Assembly (NCBI GenBank): GCA_016183365.1
Contig: JACPES010000003.1
Location: forward strand, 473,154-537,153
DNA: 64,000 nt
Reading direction: 5' to 3'
DNA from: Candidatus Collierbacteria bacterium
GTDB taxonomy: Bacteria > Patescibacteriota > Microgenomatia > UBA1400 > JACPES01
Shown here one piece after another: positions 60,937-64,000 of the stretch. The notes under the pieces are model-generated. The model was not told the origin of the DNA and did no database searches. It saw nothing but the letters and a program-made list of their open reading frames with translations. A program made the position numbers and the translations under genes. Position 1 is the first letter of the stretch, and each line of letters starts with the position of its first letter.

Positions 60937-61350
60937 ATGAATCAATTACTTCATCTATCTTTAGCTACCCCTTCACGTCAAGTTTTGGATATTGAAGATG
61001 TTGAGATAGTCAACGCTCCGGCGGAAATGGGAGATGTTGGCATCCTGCCGAATCATGCTCCGTTTTTATCAAAACTGCGGGACGGAGTTATAAATTACAA
61101 GGTCGGCGGGAATAATTTTTACGTCGGGGTTAACGGGGCATTTATGGATGTGGCGGAGAATCAAGTCACCATAATTTCCGAGGCCGCGATTTTACCTGAA
61201 GACGCCGATTTAGCCAGAGCCCAGGAAGCCAAAGATAAAGCCAAAGCGGAACTGGAAAAAAAGCTGGAAGGAACGGATTTCCAAATGGTAGAAGCGGAAT
61301 TGAGACGAGCATTATTGGAATTGAAATTGCTGGAACATATTAAAAAATGA
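60937..61350 (+). CDS. atpC: ATP synthase F1 epsilon subunit
   Basis: TPS, GDVGILPNHAP, C-terminal helical hairpin. Confidence 0.95.
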   Translation: MNQLLHLSLATPSRQVLDIEDVEIVNAPAEMGDVGILPNHAPFLSKLRDGVINYKVGGNNFYVGVNGAFMDVAENQVTIISEAAILPEDADLARAQEAKDKAKAELEKKLEGTDFQMVEAELRRALLELKLLEHIKK

Positions 61351-61414
61351 ACAAGAATCAAGAAACAAGAAACAATGAAATTCATTGTTCTTTGCTTCCT
61401 GTTTCCTGTTTCTT
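61349..61414. repeat. Inverted array of 7-mer repeats between atpC and ruvC
   Basis: (AAGAAAC)n-like arm, AACAATGAAATTCATTGTT centre, (GTTTCCT)n arm. Confidence 0.75.
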
Positions 61415-61417
61415 ATA

Positions 61418-61891
61418 ATGGTCATTTTAGGCATTGATCCCGGATTTGCCAGAATGGGTTGGGGAGTAATAAGCAAAACCGGAGCCAAATTTTCTTTAAT
61501 AGATTACGGTTGTTTAGAGACTCCGGTGAAAACCAGCCTTTCAAACAGGCTGGAGAAGATCTTCGACGGTCTTTCTAAGGTTTTAAAAAAAATTAAGCCC
61601 GATTTAGCCGGTATAGAAACTCTTTTTTTTAACACCAATGCTAAAACGGCTGTGTCTGTGGGGGAGGTTCGAGGGGTAATTCTATTGGCCTTGAAGAAGT
61701 ACGGAGTCAAAGTCATAGATGTGACTCCGCTTCAGGTTAAACAGTCGGTAGCTGGCTACGGCCGGGCAGAAAAAGTTCAAGTTCAAAAAATGGTGAAGAT
61801 TTTATTGTCGCTATCAGAAATTCCCAAGCCGGATGATGCCGCCGACGCCCTAGCCATAGCTCTTGCCACAGGATCAATTTATCGAGTGTAA
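61418..61891 (+). CDS. ruvC: Holliday junction resolvase RuvC
   Basis: ILGIDPG, IETLFF, GYGRAEK, DDAADALA. Confidence 0.96.
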   Translation: MVILGIDPGFARMGWGVISKTGAKFSLIDYGCLETPVKTSLSNRLEKIFDGLSKVLKKIKPDLAGIETLFFNTNAKTAVSVGEVRGVILLALKKYGVKVIDVTPLQVKQSVAGYGRAEKVQVQKMVKILLSLSEIPKPDDAADALAIALATGSIYRV

Positions 61892-61938
61892 AGTATCAGA
61901 TACTTTAATGCCTTTCAGTCAATGTTATACTTGAAATC

Positions 61939-62517
61939 GTGATTGGGTATCTTAAGGGAAAGTTATTATCTAAATCCGGAAAACAAATTTTGGTAGAAAC
62001 CGGCGGAGTCGGATATGAAGTGATTTCTTCGGCCGCAATTCTGAATTCCGGATTCAGCATCGGTCAAGAAATAGAAGTATATATTTATACTCATGTTAGA
62101 GAAGATCAGTTGACTCTGTTCGGTTTTTCATCGGTTAAAGAAAAGGAGATTTTTCAACAATTGATTGCGGTTTCAGGAGTCGGATCAAAAACTGCGATGA
62201 ACATCATTTCGGCCGGCGGCCCGGAGAATGTCACTAAGGCTATTTTGGATTCCGATGTCGGCTGGTTTGCTGGGATTTCCGGTATCGGCAAGAAAACAGC
62301 TCAAAGAATTATAATTGATTTGAAAGGAAAAATCGGTGGCCAGGAATTGGATTTATCCGATGAAGGGATGAAGGCTAAAAGCGAATTGATAGCGGCTCTA
62401 AAATCAATGGGTTTTTCTCTCAAAGAAATTTCGTCCCATATCCAGACTATTGACTTTAACGCTCCGCTTTCAGACCAGATCAGAATGGCTTTGAAAAATT
62501 TAGGTAAAAATGGATAA
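61939..62517 (+). CDS. ruvA: Holliday junction binding protein RuvA
   Basis: [29 protein letters not shown]. Confidence 0.96.
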   Translation: MIGYLKGKLLSKSGKQILVETGGVGYEVISSAAILNSGFSIGQEIEVYIYTHVREDQLTLFGFSSVKEKEIFQQLIAVSGVGSKTAMNIISAGGPENVTKAILDSDVGWFAGISGIGKKTAQRIIIDLKGKIGGQELDLSDEGMKAKSELIAALKSMGFSLKEISSHIQTIDFNAPLSDQIRMALKNLGKNG

Positions 62518-63523
62518 AAAAAATAAGAATTTTGATCAGGAATTGTTGGATTCGTCGTTAAGGCCAAAAAAGCTACGGGAATTTTTCGGCCAAAAAAAGA
62601 TTCTGGAAAATTTAGTGATTTCTTTAAACGCGGCTTTAGAGAGAAAAGAGGCTTTGGATCATATCCTTTTATATGGCCCGCCGGGGTTGGGGAAAACTAC
62701 TTTAGGCCATATTATCGCCAGCGAGATGGGGGTAAATATCCGGATTACTTCCGGTCCGGCTATTGAACGGGCGGGGGATTTGGCCAGTATTCTGACCAAT
62801 TTAGAACCCAACGATATTTTATTTATTGACGAGGTCCATCGTTTGAGCAAGGTAGTGGAGGAAACTTTATATCCGGCGATGGAGGATTTCGCTCTGGACA
62901 TTGTTTTGGGCAAAGGTCCTTCCGCCAGAACCGTTAGGCTAGATTTGCCCCGGTTTACGATCATCGGAGCCACCACTAAAGCCGGAATGTTGAGTTCACC
63001 GATGCGGGACAGATTCGGAATTATCCACCGCTTGGGGTTTTATACTTCCAAAGAATTAGAGCAGGTGGTTAAAAGGTCGTCTAAAATTTTAAATGTCAGC
63101 TTAGACCATGATAGCGCTGATGAAATTGCCCGCCGCAGCCGCGGCACCCCCAGAATCGCCAACAGGTTGCTAAAAAGAGTTAGGGACTACGCCCAGGTTA
63201 AAAATCAGGGTAAAATCGATCAATCAATAGTCAGAGGAGCTTTGGCGATGTTGGAAATTGACGAACTTGGATTGGACGAATCCGACCGCAGGATACTGAT
63301 AGCCATCATCGAAAAGCATGGGGGCGGGCCGGTGGGGTTGGAGACCATCGCCGCCACCATTCACGAAGACCTGGACACCATTTGCGATATTTACGAACCT
63401 TTTTTAATGCAGCTTGGTTTTTTGAAACGGACCCCTAGAGGTCGGAAGGCGACTAAAAAGGCTTACCAACACCTCGGCGTGCCATACCCTCAACAGAGAT
63501 CGCAACAAGAGCCACTAATTTAA
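62510..63523 (+). CDS. ruvB: Holliday junction helicase RuvB
   Basis: [28 protein letters not shown]. Confidence 0.98.
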   Translation: MDKKNKNFDQELLDSSLRPKKLREFFGQKKILENLVISLNAALERKEALDHILLYGPPGLGKTTLGHIIASEMGVNIRITSGPAIERAGDLASILTNLEPNDILFIDEVHRLSKVVEETLYPAMEDFALDIVLGKGPSARTVRLDLPRFTIIGATTKAGMLSSPMRDRFGIIHRLGFYTSKELEQVVKRSSKILNVSLDHDSADEIARRSRGTPRIANRLLKRVRDYAQVKNQGKIDQSIVRGALAMLEIDELGLDESDRRILIAIIEKHGGGPVGLETIAATIHEDLDTICDIYEPFLMQLGFLKRTPRGRKATKKAYQHLGVPYPQQRSQQEPLI

Positions 63524-63538
63524 TGGAAAGGTCGTCTG

Positions 63539-64000
63539 ATGAAATTTTTACTTCGATTACTAATAATATTTATTGTTCTTGGATTTTCGTCGCCGATTGT
63601 TTCTTTTGCCAATAACGGTAATAAACTCGGAGTGCATATTTTGGAAACAGAAGAAATAGTCGAAATTTCCAAGCTTTTACCATCCGGCGGCTTTGTGACG
63701 GTCCCGATCAGGCTGGATCAATTGGACAAAAACAAATGGCAAAAGTTTTTCGACGAGGCTAATAGGCGCGGATTTATCCCGATCGTCAGACTGGCTACCA
63801 GTCATAACGGCAGTTTTTGGGAAAGACCGACCAAGTATAATATTGTCACTTTTTCTAAGTTTTTTTCCGAACTCGATTGGCACCGGGATAAACTAATAGT
63901 CATCGCTTTTAACGAGCCCAATCACGCTCCGGAATGGGGAGGAAGAGTTGATCCAACCAATTATGGCAACAGCCTGACGTTTTTAGTCAACTGGTTAGAA
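63539..64000 (+). CDS. Secreted glycoside-hydrolase-like protein, runs off the window
   Basis: Open frame MKFLLRLLIIF...NKLGVHI...PIVRLAT...FNEPNHAPEWGG; NEP is the clan GH-A acid/base-like motif. Confidence 0.65.
   Translation, partial: MKFLLRLLIIFIVLGFSSPIVSFANNGNKLGVHILETEEIVEISKLLPSGGFVTVPIRLDQLDKNKWQKFFDEANRRGFIPIVRLATSHNGSFWERPTKYNIVTFSKFFSELDWHRDKLIVIAFNEPNHAPEWGGRVDPTNYGNSLTFLVNWLE

Overview
Core-genome window of a small-genome bacterium, most consistent with Patescibacteria/CPR (Microgenomates-like; inferred from gene content and protein style). It holds a cell-wall/division cluster (murC, murB, murA, dgkA, mraY, murI, murD, ftsW, murG, ftsQ, ftsA, ftsZ), ileS, rodA, rplU-rpmA, parB, lepB, a surface-polysaccharide cluster, polX, lemA-htpX, a gatC-gatA fusion, gatB, dnaE, pyrG, rplS, an F-type ATP synthase operon with an apparent delta-alpha fusion, ruvCAB and six tRNAs. 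The unusual feature is that several families of short palindromic or tandem-repeat elements sit in-frame inside essential genes (murB, murI, murD, murG, ileS, polX, htpX, gatA, gatB, glycosyltransferases) or at gene junctions. One family is a ~116-nt double hairpin whose four copies show compensatory base changes. Another forms the inverted ends of a GxxExxY (PD-(D/E)XK-like) nuclease cassette between ftsZ and ileS and also occurs as short ORF-less copies, which suggests an autonomous element plus non-autonomous derivatives. All calls are by eye and no searches were run.
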